DNA from: Vicugna vicugna
Lineage: Eukaryota
DNA: 64,000 bases
Direction: 5' to 3'
Assembly: GCA_013265495.1 (NCBI GenBank)
Contig: MU058423.1
Location: 7,512,721 to 7,576,720 of the forward strand
Shown one piece after another: positions 27,786 through 40,444 of the stretch. The translations under genes were made by a program, and so were the position numbers. Under the pieces are notes generated by a model, which searched no databases, had not been told where the DNA came from, and saw nothing but the letters and a program-made list of their open reading frames with translations. Each line of letters begins with the position of its first letter. The first letter of the stretch is position 1.

Positions 27786-29762
27786 AATGGAGAAGGGGTG
27801 ATGCCTCTTCCAGCTCATCCTAACATTCTAAACAGAAGACAAAAGTGACCATCTATTGAGGATTAAGTCATTTTCAACATCTTGTCCTTTTCATGGTATC
27901 CTGCTCCTTGTTCACGTTTTCAATTACCTCTTTTATTACTTTAACATATATTAAATATAATTCATTTATAATCTCAGATCATTTTGATGTTTTCTTTTTA
28001 TTATTTGGAGTCCAACATTGCTACTTATTAGACTACTACTTCAGTCTTGATAATTTCATTTGGGTGGAGGGTGTAAGTGTCTCAGATCATCACCACTGCC
28101 TGTGAGAACTAGGGTGGAGCTCAGTGAGAAGGGGGTCTAAGAGAATAAAATGATTACAGGAGACTTTCTATGTGTTTCTTGTTCATAAACACCTCATCTG
28201 TGCATGCACTGAGAAATACCCCAGGTACTCAAAAACAGACAAACAAAAAACCAAATGGATAAAACAATTTAACCAACCAGTGAGGACTAGAAAGAGCACA
28301 AAACCAAATGTCTCTCACTTAAAGTCATAATTCTTATAAAATTTATTTGAAGCCAGAAAAAAAGAAAGAAAGAAAGTATAGGGATAAATCAAGAAAGACC
28401 ATTGACCCAAAGAAACTGAATAAACTGGAAAAAGTTATGGAACAACTTTTTAGGGAACAAAGCTACATTCCTCCTACCTATACACATAGGACTCATAAGT
28501 AAATTGATTTCAGATACAGAAAAATGAAGACTATTTCTGTATACTCAATTTATAATTCCAATTTAAGTTGGGTATTCTGAAACTTGATTCAAATTGATAG
28601 CATAAACTGTCAATCTTAATTTTTCTTTATCATTTAATTCAATTTCAAGAGTATTCTTTGAATATACTTATAAGGAAACCATCTTTCTATTATTGGCTTA
28701 TTTTTATTAATAATGTGATGTTTAGTATGAATATCAATAATGTTATTATTTAAGTCTTTGAATCCTCATTCTTGTTCTTTTCTCTTTACAATATCCCCTG
28801 GAACCAATCCAATTTGGTAATCTCTGTTTTTCTTCTGGTTCAGAAAAAGAAACCTTGGTAATAATTGCAACATTTTCACTTTTTAATAATAATTATACCT
28901 TTCATAACGTCTTTAGTATATACAAGAGTTATACTCTAGCTGCAAGATGATTATTTTTTCCTGAAGTTTACAATTTGTTATTTTCTAAAAACAACATTGA
29001 GGCAATAAAGCATATGCTTTCTTTATTACAGATACATAATGTGATTTTTTTCTTGCAGATTCCAACTGTTTCTCTATTAATAAATCCCTAAACAATTTTA
29101 TATTAAAGATTTATTGCTTGATTGTCATTGAGCTGTCAGAGTATAATTTTATAATTAACATCACTGCCTTCTCTGACTTCATATACTTAGAAAGACAACT
29201 CTTTGTCTGAATTCTGCTCTTTTAATAGAGGTGCAAGAAAATTTCTCTTTTCATTTTAACAATTCAGGGTTTGTTGCTTTTATGTTTTTTTTGAATGCTA
29301 TCTTTAGTTGAAGGAATACATTTTTACATGTAGAAAAATATTGTTGTTGTCTCTATGTCAATTTTTACTGCAGGTAGTTTTTAAAGATTGCTTTCCACAT
29401 TAAGAGTTTAAGGAAATAAATTAAGCTGAAGGGGTAATGACATAGTTGAAAATTCTTACCTAAGTAAACATTAGTAACATAAGATTTGGGTAGGTTTCCA
29501 TGTCTTTACCTGCACCTTTTTATACACCCTCAAAGTTTCTTTTCCAGAATTACACACTGTAATTTGAAGAAATACTTTCCATCCTACTTTTCTGAGTAGT
29601 TTTACTTCTGCTTTGTCTTTATTGTGCTTTAAAATATCTTATTGCCTAAATGCAAGAGTTTGCTGTAAGTATATTATGTCTCTCTTTGTTACTTCATTTT
29701 TAGCTATGCCTTATTTAAATGAAACATTATAGAAGGACCACAGAGGTCAGAGTCTGCCTTGA

Positions 29763-29949
29763 GACACGTTTTCTACCATTGGCTGCACACTGAAATCATC
29801 TAGGGAGCATTGAAAATAATACTGATTATGGCATCTTCTCCTCCCTTCACAGTCTCTTTTAATTAGTTTGAGGTATGACTTGAAAATTGGAATTGTCAAA
29901 AGTTCTCCAGGTATTCTAATGTATGTATAACCAAGGTTGAGACCCACTG
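29763..29949. mobile_element. MER5-family hAT-Charlie MITE
   Basis: ttggctgcacactgaaatcatctagggag..ctccaggtattctaatg..ggttgagacccactg. Confidence 0.75.
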
Positions 29950-30131
29950 GCTTAGAGTAACACGATTTTTGTAGGCAATCTTCCTAATAATTGCCAAGAA
30001 TTGAAATAACATCAAGGGTATGAAATTTTGTCTAATTTGTGTTTTCTGTAATTCTTGGTATTTTTCAATGAGCTTATATCATTTTTTTTAAAGAGAGGGG
30101 AAATTACAAAAAAAGCTTAAAGGTTATAAGC

Positions 30132-30340
30132 TAGGGGTCGACAAACTCTTCACATAAGGGTTGGATATTAAATATTTTAGGCTTTGCAAGCCATGTGGTC
30201 TCTGTTACAGTTATTAAACTCTGCTCTTATATCCCGAGAGGAGCCATAGACAGTGCATAAATGAATGTGTGTCAATACAACTTTACTTAAAAGATATATG
30301 CAGTTGGCCAGACTTGAACTGTAGGCTGCCAAACCATATT
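30132..30340 (+). mobile_element. MER58A hAT-Charlie MITE
   Basis: aggggtcgacaaact..aaatattttaggctttgc..gccatagacag..taaatgaatg. Confidence 0.8.
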
Positions 30341-31249
30341 CTAAATTATTATTAATCTTCTGAAAAAAAAAATTCAACAGATAAATTGAGGATTGCTTCA
30401 TTGCCTACTTCATTATTAGTCTCTTGTGAGGGCTACTAAGTTTTTATTTCAGAAAGCAAATTATTATATATATAACTAATTAATTCATATTCCTATGAAT
30501 TTGGGTATTCCTTTGCTTCTATTGGCTTTAAAATAATACCAAAGGTTGTCAACTGAAGGAAATAAAATTATCTTTCTGTCTAATCTGTCCATGCTATATA
30601 TCATAATTTAATTAGGCATGATAAAAATGAAATCATCTTACCCCAAATTCCCAGGCTTAAGAAACAAAAGGCATATAAATGTCATATTGTACTCAGGAGA
30701 AAACAAAAACAGATCACACTCTATTATAATCAGCATTTCCCTACATTAAAATAATTCTTCTACATTGTATTTTTTCTTTTCTTATGTTTAACTGAATTTT
30801 TCACTTGAATTGAAATATATTTTAACTACTGAAGTGTTTTTGAAATAGTTAAATCCATATAGAATTTTTCCCCCAAATCAAGTAATTATCAATACATCTA
30901 CACCTCCATCTTAAATTCCTTCCTTTAATAGATATACTGCAAATTTCTTACAGATAAATCTCCTTTTAAGAACCAAACAGAATTTCAGGATTTGCTGTGA
31001 TCTACCTGAAATTAAGAAATGTACTTAATATAATTTAATATATATTTTTAAATAAAATAATATAATTTAAATATATATTAACAGTGCATATTTATCATAT
31101 ATAAATGTTATTTATGAATCATATATATTATTGAGGACATGTTAAATATGTATCCACATGTGTATAATCTTTCTACCTATTGATCTATTTATCTATATGT
31201 AATTATATGCATATATAAAAAGAAACACTTTAAGAAATTTAAGAGATTC

Positions 31250-31930
31250 TAAGTTTTAGTCAGAAATCATTTATACTTTTGTATTACAAGTCATGAAAAC
31301 ATCAAATTATTTTATCTGATATCTACTTTGATGTCAAATAGCCATTCTAGCTTTCTTTTCATTAATGTTTGCAAGATGTATCTTTTTGTATCACTCATGT
31401 TTCCTTTTACTGTCTTTATATTTAAAAAGTTTCTCATTGGCAGTGTATATTTGAGCTTTTTCTTCTCATCCAATCTGGTAATTCATCTTTAACTATACTG
31501 TTTTGGCTATTTACAACTAATAGAATTGATAAGTTTACATTTAAATCTACCATGTTAGTATTTATTTAGTATTTTCTTCTTTGTTCTTCCGCCATATTGT
31601 TTCTACCTTCTTTTGTACTATTTACATTCTTTTTAGTGATTCAATGGTTTTTCTGCCTTTCTGATGATATGAAATATAGTTACAATAATTTTTAATGTCC
31701 TTGCCTACTAATTCTAGTGTATGTGACATTTGGGGTTTTGTTTATGTTACATTATTTTATGCTAATTATGGATCATATTTTCCTGTTTCTTTGGATTCTC
31801 TTCCACTCCACTATGATCCAGAAAAGGCATTAAACTGGGAAATCATGAAACACACTTTTCTTGTTTCCCATATCTCAGGAATAACTGTCTTTTGTTGGTT
31901 GGTTTTTAATATTTTGAAAACTACTGTTTT
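31250..31930 (-). mobile_element. Ancient L1M fragments
   Basis: atagccattctagctttc..atccaatctgg..tttaaatctaccatg antisense ORF2 start-region motifs. Confidence 0.55.
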
Positions 31931-31937
31931 ACCCACC

Positions 31938-32100
31938 CCATGGGTCGGCAAGCTATGACCAATAGGCCAAATTTTTCAATTCTCATTCGTCTTCACATCG
32001 TCTATGACTGATTTTGAGATAAAATAGAGGAGTTGTGTAATTTCAACAGAAACTTCATCTCTCACAAAGTTGAAAATAGAAAATATTTTCCAAGTCTTGA
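31938..32100 (+). mobile_element. MER58-like hAT fragment
   Basis: gggtcggcaagctatgaccaataggccaaat..gtctatgactg.. Confidence 0.55.
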
Positions 32101-34268
32101 TTGATTATTTTGCTTCTTTGTTTTCAGGAGGGAGGATAAATCTAGACCCTGCTACTACACCTTGGCCATAAGCAGAATTAAGTTTATTCTTTATCAATAC
32201 CTCTTTTGGTTCTCTTAATTCATAATACAGATTCATGTCAATCCCTGCAAGTATTAGCAAGAAAAAAGTAAAATGCACGTATATTTTCACGTCTACAGAC
32301 ACCCAATAAAAACTCCGGAGCTCACATTATAGCATTTCTCATCTTATTTTACTCAATCTCAAATATTTTCCTGTCTGGAAAAATTCTTAGTATCTAAGAT
32401 ATTAGACAATGTTGTTATTTTACAGTACTTAAACTTCTGAGTTTTATTCAATTGAAATTTGACTCCTGAATTTTTTTAAAAATGAGGGCTGTGTCAACTA
32501 CTAGACTCTTTTTTAGAAGTTTAAACTAATGCAACATGATATGTTCAATTTTTTTCTTATTTTAGCATAACATATTAATAGCAATTTTATGCATTATTGA
32601 TTCATTAAACTTTTTTCTTGAATTTTTTTTCTCTATAAATAAATGAGAACAAGTCCAATAAGGTCTGTCCTGCCATTAAGAAGCTCTCATATCTGAAAAA
32701 CAGTATTACCATTAATTGCTTTTCTGGTCTGGCTGAATATGAATACTAAATTTCTAATACTTCCCCACAATGTTCCATGGGCGCTTTGCTTGGAATGACT
32801 AAGTACTGCTATTTTTAATTACCTTTCTTTACTTGCCTCCCTAATTTCTTCCTTGCTATAAAACCTTAGAGCAGTCCATCTTATTTGTTAATAAATAAGC
32901 ACATGCTCTAGGTATATGCTGTCATTGAAATAACCTGTTACATTGGATGCAGATTTTGACTATCGAACATCAGAGAATCCCAGGAGTTTTTTTCCTACTA
33001 AACAGCTTTCCAAAAATATAATTATGAGGTACTTAAGAGTCTAATTATTGTAGTTCTTTTAAAATAGCCTGTGCTGTAACTTCAATTCCACGTAACCCTG
33101 AAATGAATGTGCACGAGTCATGGATACCTGCTTATACCAAGAAATATGAGGCTGATGGACTCAGATCAACCTCAAAGCAGTAAAATAACAAATTAATTTC
33201 TGGTAGCACCTGCTGATGAGGCATAGCGGCATCACTGACTCACTGAGATAGACAGGTAATGCTGATGTAGTAGTCCAAAAATTTTATTCAGAAAATCAGT
33301 ATTTAACTGCCCACCTATGATGACTTTACAGACGTGTGGAAATGTGCATGGTTGACAGTGCTGAGGCGTAGATATGATCACCATAATTTGGTGGTTAGGG
33401 CCAAGAATGCAAAATAACTTGGAACAAGTGGGAAACTCCTGCACAGAAAATCGTCCCTTGTAAGAAGACACCAATGCTCATGTGGGAATCACTGATACGA
33501 ACAATGGGTAGTTAATATACCAATGGGTCATCAGATTTCCATCGTCACATGTCCACATTTCTTTGAAAACACAAAGTGCTATTGTATTTTCATGTGTGAA
33601 ATAATTGAAAGATGGCAATTTGCCATTATGCTGTTTTTTTTTTCCTGAGTGTTTTATGGTCATGTCTATTAGAGAGGTACACTAATTTCTCACTTCCTGA
33701 ATTTCTATAAAGAGACATATTTTTAAAAAATATGGCAGGAGCTCTTCCACATTCTCTATTAGGGAGGAGAAGTGATACATTTAATTAATATGTTTAGGAG
33801 AAGGAACTGAGCAAGTGCCTTCATTTTTCTTAAATTTTACAACCCACCTGTCAAAGAGATGAGGGCTGGCATCCTTCATCTGTGGTAAACTTAGATACTA
33901 TTATCCTTCAGTCAGGGCTGGTAGCTTTGGTTTACATTCAGTAGTGGGGTTTGGAGTGGAAAGCTCTTGGTCAGAGGTTATACCCACATTTTATAGTTCA
34001 ACTTTTGCAGGAAAATCACTGATATTCATGCAACAACTATGACTGAATTTCTAGCAAAACATACAAAAAATGACTCATTTGTGGAGCTTACTTTCTACTC
34101 AAGGGTGCAGGGTAATGAACTAAAGAAGTGAATTATAAAAGGCCAATAGGAGATGAAGGGAGCTAGGAAGGAAAATAAATCATGGAAGAGGAATATGTAC
34201 ATCAGTAAAGCAGCTGTACTTGTGGATGGCATGGCCAGTGAAGGTCTTATTAAGAATGTGACATTTGA

Positions 34269-34649
34269 AAGGCAGACAAAGGCAATACCATACGATGTCA
34301 CTTATATGTGGGAGCTAAAAAACAAAACAAACAAAACAAAACAGAAAGAGACTCATAAATACAGAGAGCAAACTGATGGTTTCCCAAGGTGGGGGTATGG
34401 GGTTGGATGGGCCAAATAGGGGAAGGGGAATAAGAGGTATAAACTTCTAGTTATAAAATAAGGAAGTCCTGGGGATATCATGTACAGCATAAAGGATTCA
34501 GTCAATAATATTATAATAATTTTGTACAGCAACAGACGGTAACTAGACTCATCATGGTGATCATTTCATAATACATAACAATATCAAATCACTATGCTAT
34601 GCACTTGAAACTAATACAATACTGTAAGTCAATTATATTTCAATAAAAA
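34269..34649 (+). mobile_element. 5'-truncated L1 (end of ORF2 plus 3' UTR)
   Basis: cacttatatgtggg..gtcaataatattataataa..aattatatttcaataaaaaa; 17-bp TSD aagaatgtgacatttga 34252-34268 / aagaacgtgacatttga 34650-34666. Confidence 0.92.
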
Positions 34650-35166
34650 AAGAACGTGACATTTGAGCAAAAACTAGAAAATGTTATGGGAGCAAGCTCT
34701 TTGTGTATCTGGGGGCGGAGCTTTCTAGGCAGAAGTAGTAACAGGTAGAGAAGCTCTAAGGCAGGATCCTAGCTGGAATCGCAGAGTAACAACAGGGAGG
34801 GCGGTCAGTGTGGCTGGAGTGAAGTGTACAAAGGGGATAAGAAGGATAAAAAGTCAGCGAGGAAACCGGGGTATCAGATGTTGTAGATCCAGGTAGATGA
34901 TTTTAAGAGCAGTGGCTTTCACTTTGAATGAGATGGAGCTCAGTGATGGAGTCACTGAGCAGAGTGACACGATCTGATTCTGTGTTTTAAAAGGATCACT
35001 CTGACTGCTCAATTGAGAGTAGACCACAGAGGTGTACAAGTGGGAGCACAAAAACCAGTTTAAAAAACTACTGAAAGAATACAGCTCAGAGACGCGGACT
35101 TTTTCATCACCAGACTAAAGCTCCTTACAGGGATGGTACCACATGAGTGTATTCCAATGGATTGTA

Positions 35167-35641
35167 CCAGCATATCTTTTTAAAAAAATTGTGCTTTGCT
35201 TAATTGTGTTTCAAAGATAATGTATTTTTTACACATTGAAGGATTGTGGGAACCCTGCACTGGGCAAGCCTATTGGCGCCATCCCCCCCTCCCCCCCACA
35301 ATGTTTGCTCACTTTATGTATCACATTTTGGTAATTCTCACAATATTTCAAACTTCTTCATTATGGTTATATTTGTTACAGTGATCTGTGACCTTTGGTG
35401 TCACTGCTAAGACTTGCTGAAGGCTCAGATGATATAATTTTTTATCAATAATTTTAAAGTAGCTAAGTACGTTGTTTTCTTAGACATAATACTATTGCAC
35501 AATTAATAAGCTACAGAAGAGTATAAACATCACTTTTATATGTGCTGGGAAACCTAAAATTCGTATGAGTTGCTTTATTGCAATATTTGCCTTATCACAG
35601 TGGTCTGGATCCATACCCACAGTATCCATGACGTATGCCTA
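35167..35641 (+). mobile_element. Tigger1 internal-deletion derivative (Tigger1a-like MITE)
   Basis: Both degenerate TIRs (ccagcatatc.. / ..acgtatgccta) flanked by TA; gacttgctgaaggctcagatgat is Tigger1 3' sequence. Confidence 0.85.
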
Positions 35642-36599
35642 TATTTAGAATGTAAGAAACAAGTTTTAATGATGTTTCCAACTCTGTCTGTCTATCTCTG
35701 TCTATCTATCATCTGTCATTTATCTATCTTTTTATTTAATTATTTTCCTACTTGCTTTTCCTGAACTAGAAGATTGAAACAGTCATTAATTAAGGTGGGA
35801 AAGAGCACTGGTGCTGGGGAGGGGAGATAATCGTGATGCAGTGCAGGCAGTGTGCCCTGGGTTTTAGGGAGAGACACGCGTTGGGGACATAAATGTGGAG
35901 CTATCAGTGTATAACAGTTTATTCATTAGGACATGAGACTGGATGTGATCCCAGAGACTGTGTGTGGAATATGGAGATACAAGGACTAAGCCCTTGGACA
36001 TACCTATGTTAAAAGGTGTGAGGAATAAGGAGAAGTCTCAAAGGTGACTGAGAAGAGTGGCCAGTGAGATAGGAGGAAATCAGGAGACTGTGGGGCTTCA
36101 GATCTAGGTGAAAAAAAAATTAATTCTGAAATCAAGAGAGGAAAAGAGATAAAATTCACTTGTTCCTCATCCCCTAAAACCTCAACATTTCACACTGAAC
36201 TACATCAGGGATTCTATATGCCATTTATGTACCAGAATCATTGTGGCAGAAAGTTGAGAATGATGAAACAAAACTTGGGGGAAAAAAGTAGTAAAGGTAT
36301 ATTAAAGCGTCTGAAGATTTAAGTAAAAATGCCCATTAACAAAAATAATAAACAGAGCACCAAGCCTGGTTTTCCTCGGCTGCCTTTTATCACACAGATG
36401 ATCTCACACAGAGAGGATACTACCACTTTGATCGCACAATTTTTCACGTAACTGAAGGCATACATCACATTTTCAAATGAACTGACATGGAAGGGGCCTA
36501 TGGATACAAAAATAACTGACCCAGTTAATAATTTATTCTTCCCCATATTCATCCAGCTCATGTTAACCATTTGTTTTCTGTGCCCAAATAAAAATTTTA

Positions 36600-37015
36600 C
36601 GGAAGCAAACGGAATTGAGCAGAGACAGTGGTACAAGGTATGGCATAAGTGACAATGCGACCTTTAGGCTGTACTTTAAAGAGTGATGAAGGAATTTCCA
36701 GGTGAAAAGTCCAGCCAGCAGGCACAGTAGGTAATGGTGGAGCGTGCTGGCACAGGAAAAGCCCACAGAAACAATTGTGAAAATGTCTGGAATGTCAAGG
36801 GAAAAAATATAATCATCAACAGCACAGAGGTTAAAGCAAAGCGGAAAGGACGTTAGAAGATGGAAGTGCAAACTGTGGACAGATCTTGAAAGGTCTTTTT
36901 TGTCAAGCTAAGGATTTGGGATTTCGTCCTGTAAGATACAGACATATTGCTAAGCAGAGATAAGACATGATCAGTTTCGTTCTTTATAAAGATAACGCCA
37001 ATGGCTGTACAGAGT
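36600..37015 (-). mobile_element. L2 fragment
   Basis: tcttgaaaggtctttttgtcaagctaaggatttgg..gacatgatcag..taaagataac. Confidence 0.55.
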
Positions 37016-38227
37016 CAATTCATTTGATTGGAAACAAATATCAATCAAGCTGGCTTTCTGGCATCATGGAGACAGCATAACTGGTTGATTGACTGAGTGC
37101 TTCACATTTTCAGCCTGTTGTTTTGACATGTGTATACATAACCTCAAAATAAAAATGTTTTTCGCATGGCTGATTTAGTCCATAATTCTTTACGGCAGCT
37201 ATCTTTAAGAGTTAGTTGTATCCCAAAATTACAAGTACCCACTTTATTTATATATATGACATTTTGTTGAAGACAAGAATTGTGAAGTGTGTAAGTTAGA
37301 AAATAATACTAGCTAAACAAGAATTGTACAGTAAAAACTTGTAGAAAATATAATCACATGCTGTGTTAAGTAGTGGAAATAAAGAATGGTGAAATAATAA
37401 TTTTAGGCCGCCTTTTATGTCATCATTTGCTGTGATCTTGAACTTTCTGCCTAGTAGTAAATCAGTAATTCACTAATTTTTATCCATAAAATGCTATGCA
37501 TTTTTAACTGATCTGTATTATCTTGCATTATTTATAACAAGAAGTCTAATTTGAGAAGAAGTATGTTGAGTATCAGGAGTAAGAAAGAGTATTAAAAAAG
37601 AGAGCTGTATCAACTAGCATAGATATAAGTATGATGCTAATTTCTGTTCTCCTCAATAACAGAAGTCAAGTTCTCAATATTTCAACTGAAGAAAACAAGA
37701 GATATGTCCCATGTCACCAGATTAGCAAACTGCAAACGGTAGAAACAAGAGAAGCTTTATAGAAAGAGTAACAGATTGGATGAGATGTTTTCACAGCTCC
37801 CTGCTGACCCTTTCCTTCTCATATTCATTCACATGTTAATAAGCAAAATTACCTGACATTTCTCCAGTAAGGTATCAACAAACAAACAAAAACGTTGAAA
37901 TCAAAATTATTCTAGTGTACAATTTTTCTATTTCAAACAGTTTTGGCCTCTAAAAATTTGGAGCAAACCTCCACCAGATCATGTGAACTTAAATATGGTA
38001 CAAGTCACTAAACAAACAAAATGCAGAGCTATAGTGGAAGGGAAGCACATGCGTGCTAGTGAAGCAAGCAATAAATGCTCACTGCAAGCATACAGGTCTT
38101 AATAATCCTAAATGCATTTAAGACATGGATAACTAAGGGGACCTCAAATATCTGATATGCACTTTGCTTCTTATTACTAGCCATAGTCCCTTAACCCTAT
38201 ACACCGCCTCCACTAACAGACTTTAAA

Positions 38228-38336
38228 ATTAGGTGGTCAGATAGTCCAGTTTATGCCTACTATCTTGGCATAATAATTAATAGCATTCTGCTGATCAAAA
38301 ATGTCTCAGTTTCCATGATAAATTATATGATCACCT
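38228..38336 (-). mobile_element. MER94-like hAT-Blackjack MITE
   Basis: gtccagtttatgcct..taattaatagc..gataaattatatgatcacct. Confidence 0.65.
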
Positions 38337-39419
38337 GTTTATAACATGTGAAACCTTCTCCAACACTTCTTTTTGGACATCCACTGGCCTTTACCTTTTC
38401 CTTAGGGCACTGTACATCCTCTTGTCTTGGACAGTCAGCACTGAGATCCTTCAGTTTCAGTTATACGTGTGATTCACACAGTAGCTCTCTTCTTACTTGG
38501 ATGGGAGCATGTTGGCTGGTGAAGAGGGCATCCACAAATTTAAAGTATATGCTTGGCAACAACATGTATGATGAAATACCAGAATCCATCTGTGGACTGT
38601 ACAGTCCTAATTGACAGGTGTTGTAACTCATAAAATGTTCACAGTACACACAAATGATAAGAGCACCAGATGGGACCTGCCCAACAAGAAACCCCAAAAG
38701 CTTTTCCCTTCTGTCTCTCTAGAAAATTACCAAAATTTTATTGTAAAATGTTACCTGTTATGATGATGGAAAGTATGTGAATTGGAAAGAAATTTTTTTA
38801 AAAAATAGCCCATTTAAACCTCCCAGAATTTTTAATCCATGCATCTGAACTTACAATGCCATATCTTCTAAACTCATGATATTGGCATGTATGTTTTAAA
38901 TTTTTATCATAATATATATACATGCGAAACATAAACTCAGTATATGAGCATGTTACATATATCTGTAAACAAATATTAATGCTTACAATAAAAGCAACTC
39001 TTTCACCATAGCTCTTTTCATTCATCAATCTACCACCCAGAATTAACGGTTTTTAACATTTTGTGTCTCCATATCACATACTTATTCTTCAGAGTTAAGT
39101 GTTAAACATTATCAACTGCCTCTGTCTTATCACAGATGAGATGACGTTCTTACGGTATATCTGATTTTATTCTCTAACATGCTCAAAACACTCGTATCAC
39201 TAGTTAGTTAAAGCAATAAACATTATTTTCAAATTTTTTATTATTTTCATTATCGTTTCAAATTGTGTACTGCAATTTTTTCATAACTTCATATAGCATC
39301 TAAAATTTATATTTCTAATATTTATCTGCAGTGTGTTCTTTAGTAAAAAAAAAAACCTTACATAACTTTTATATCAGCCATAACTGGGACTGTCTGGGCA
39401 TGATAATTCTGTTTGTTTG

Positions 39420-40435
39420 TTTTTAATATTATTAAATAGACTTCATTTTTTAGAGAAGAATTAGATTCACAGCAAAACTGAGTGGAAAATATAGTTACCA
39501 CACACCCTCTCCTCTACATAGGCACTGCCTCTCCCACTAGCAACGCCCCTCACCAGAGTGGTACATTTGTTACAAACCATGAACCTATGTTGACATATTT
39601 ATCACCCAAGGTCCATAATTTATGTTATGGTGCACGCTTGGTATTGTACATTCTATGGGTTTTGACAAACGTATAATGACATGCATCCACCGTTATATTA
39701 TCACGCAGAGTAGTTTAACTGCCTTAAACATCCTCTGTACCCTGCCTATTCATCCTACTCTCCCTGTTAGCGCCAGAAAAAAATTCGTCTTTTTTTTCTT
39801 ACCATCTCAGTAGTTTTGTGTTTTCCAGAAGGTCATACAGTTGGATTTATGTGGTATGTAGTCTTTTCAGGTTGCCTTCTTTCATTTAGTAACATGCATT
39901 TAAGGTTCCTCCATGTCTTTTCATGGCTTGATAGCTCATTTTGTCTTAGCGCTGAATAACATTCCATTGTCTGGCAGTCCACAGTTTGTGTATCTATTCA
40001 CCTACTGAGGGATTTGCAATTGCTTCCAAGTTTTGGCAATTATGAATAGAACTGTTATAAATATTCATGTGCAGGGTATTCAGCTCACTTGGGTAGACAT
40101 ACGTGTTTAACTTATTTAGGAAAATGGCAAGGAGTGCAGTTGATAGACTGTACGGTAAAAGTATGTTTAATTTTGTAAGAAACCTCCAAACTTTCTTCTA
40201 AAGTGGCTGTACCATTTTGCAATCCCACCAGCAATGAATGAGAGTTCCTGTTGTTCTACACCATTGGGGTAGAACATTTGCTGTTGTCAGAGTTCCAGAT
40301 TTTGGTCACTCTAACAGGTGTGCAGTGGTATCACATTTTTGTTCTAATTTGAAATTCCTCAGTGGAAGGTGATGTTGAGCATTTTTTCACTTGCTTATTT
40401 GTCATCTATAGATATCTTCTTTGGTGAGATGGTGA
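39420..40435 (-). mobile_element. L1MC1/2-like 3' UTR and ORF2 end
   Basis: agattcacagcaaaactgag..caccagagtggtacatttgttaca..gtggctgtaccattttgcaatcccaccagcaatgaatgagagttcctg. Confidence 0.85.
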
Positions 40436-40444
40436 CTAAATACT

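Larger units (their letters stand above)
25230..27850 (-). mobile_element. Mosaic of ancient L1M fragments
   Basis: T-rich antisense L1 motifs (ggtgatagtggtcattctt; tttagacaatttatatttaaagta; ttttattgatatataattca); boundaries approximate. Confidence 0.6.
34060..36130 (-). mobile_element. L2 element interrupted by L1 and Tigger1-derived insertions
   Basis: Purine-rich antisense L2 motifs (gtgacatttgagc; cagtgtggctggagtg; gagtgacacgatctgatt..ttttaaaaggatcactctgactgct; gagactggatgtgatc; ggccagtgagataggaggaaa). Confidence 0.78.

Noticed and set aside
31020..31220. Extremely AT-rich tract with short palindromes
   Set aside because: Low-complexity DNA with no defined repeat unit or specific structure.
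33200..33220. Possible CTCF site (tagcacctgctgatg)
   Set aside because: Lacks key positions of the core consensus; only an E-box remains.
36319..36871. Two minus-strand ORFs over 100 aa
   Set aside because: Partly within an L2 remnant and no recognisable domain.
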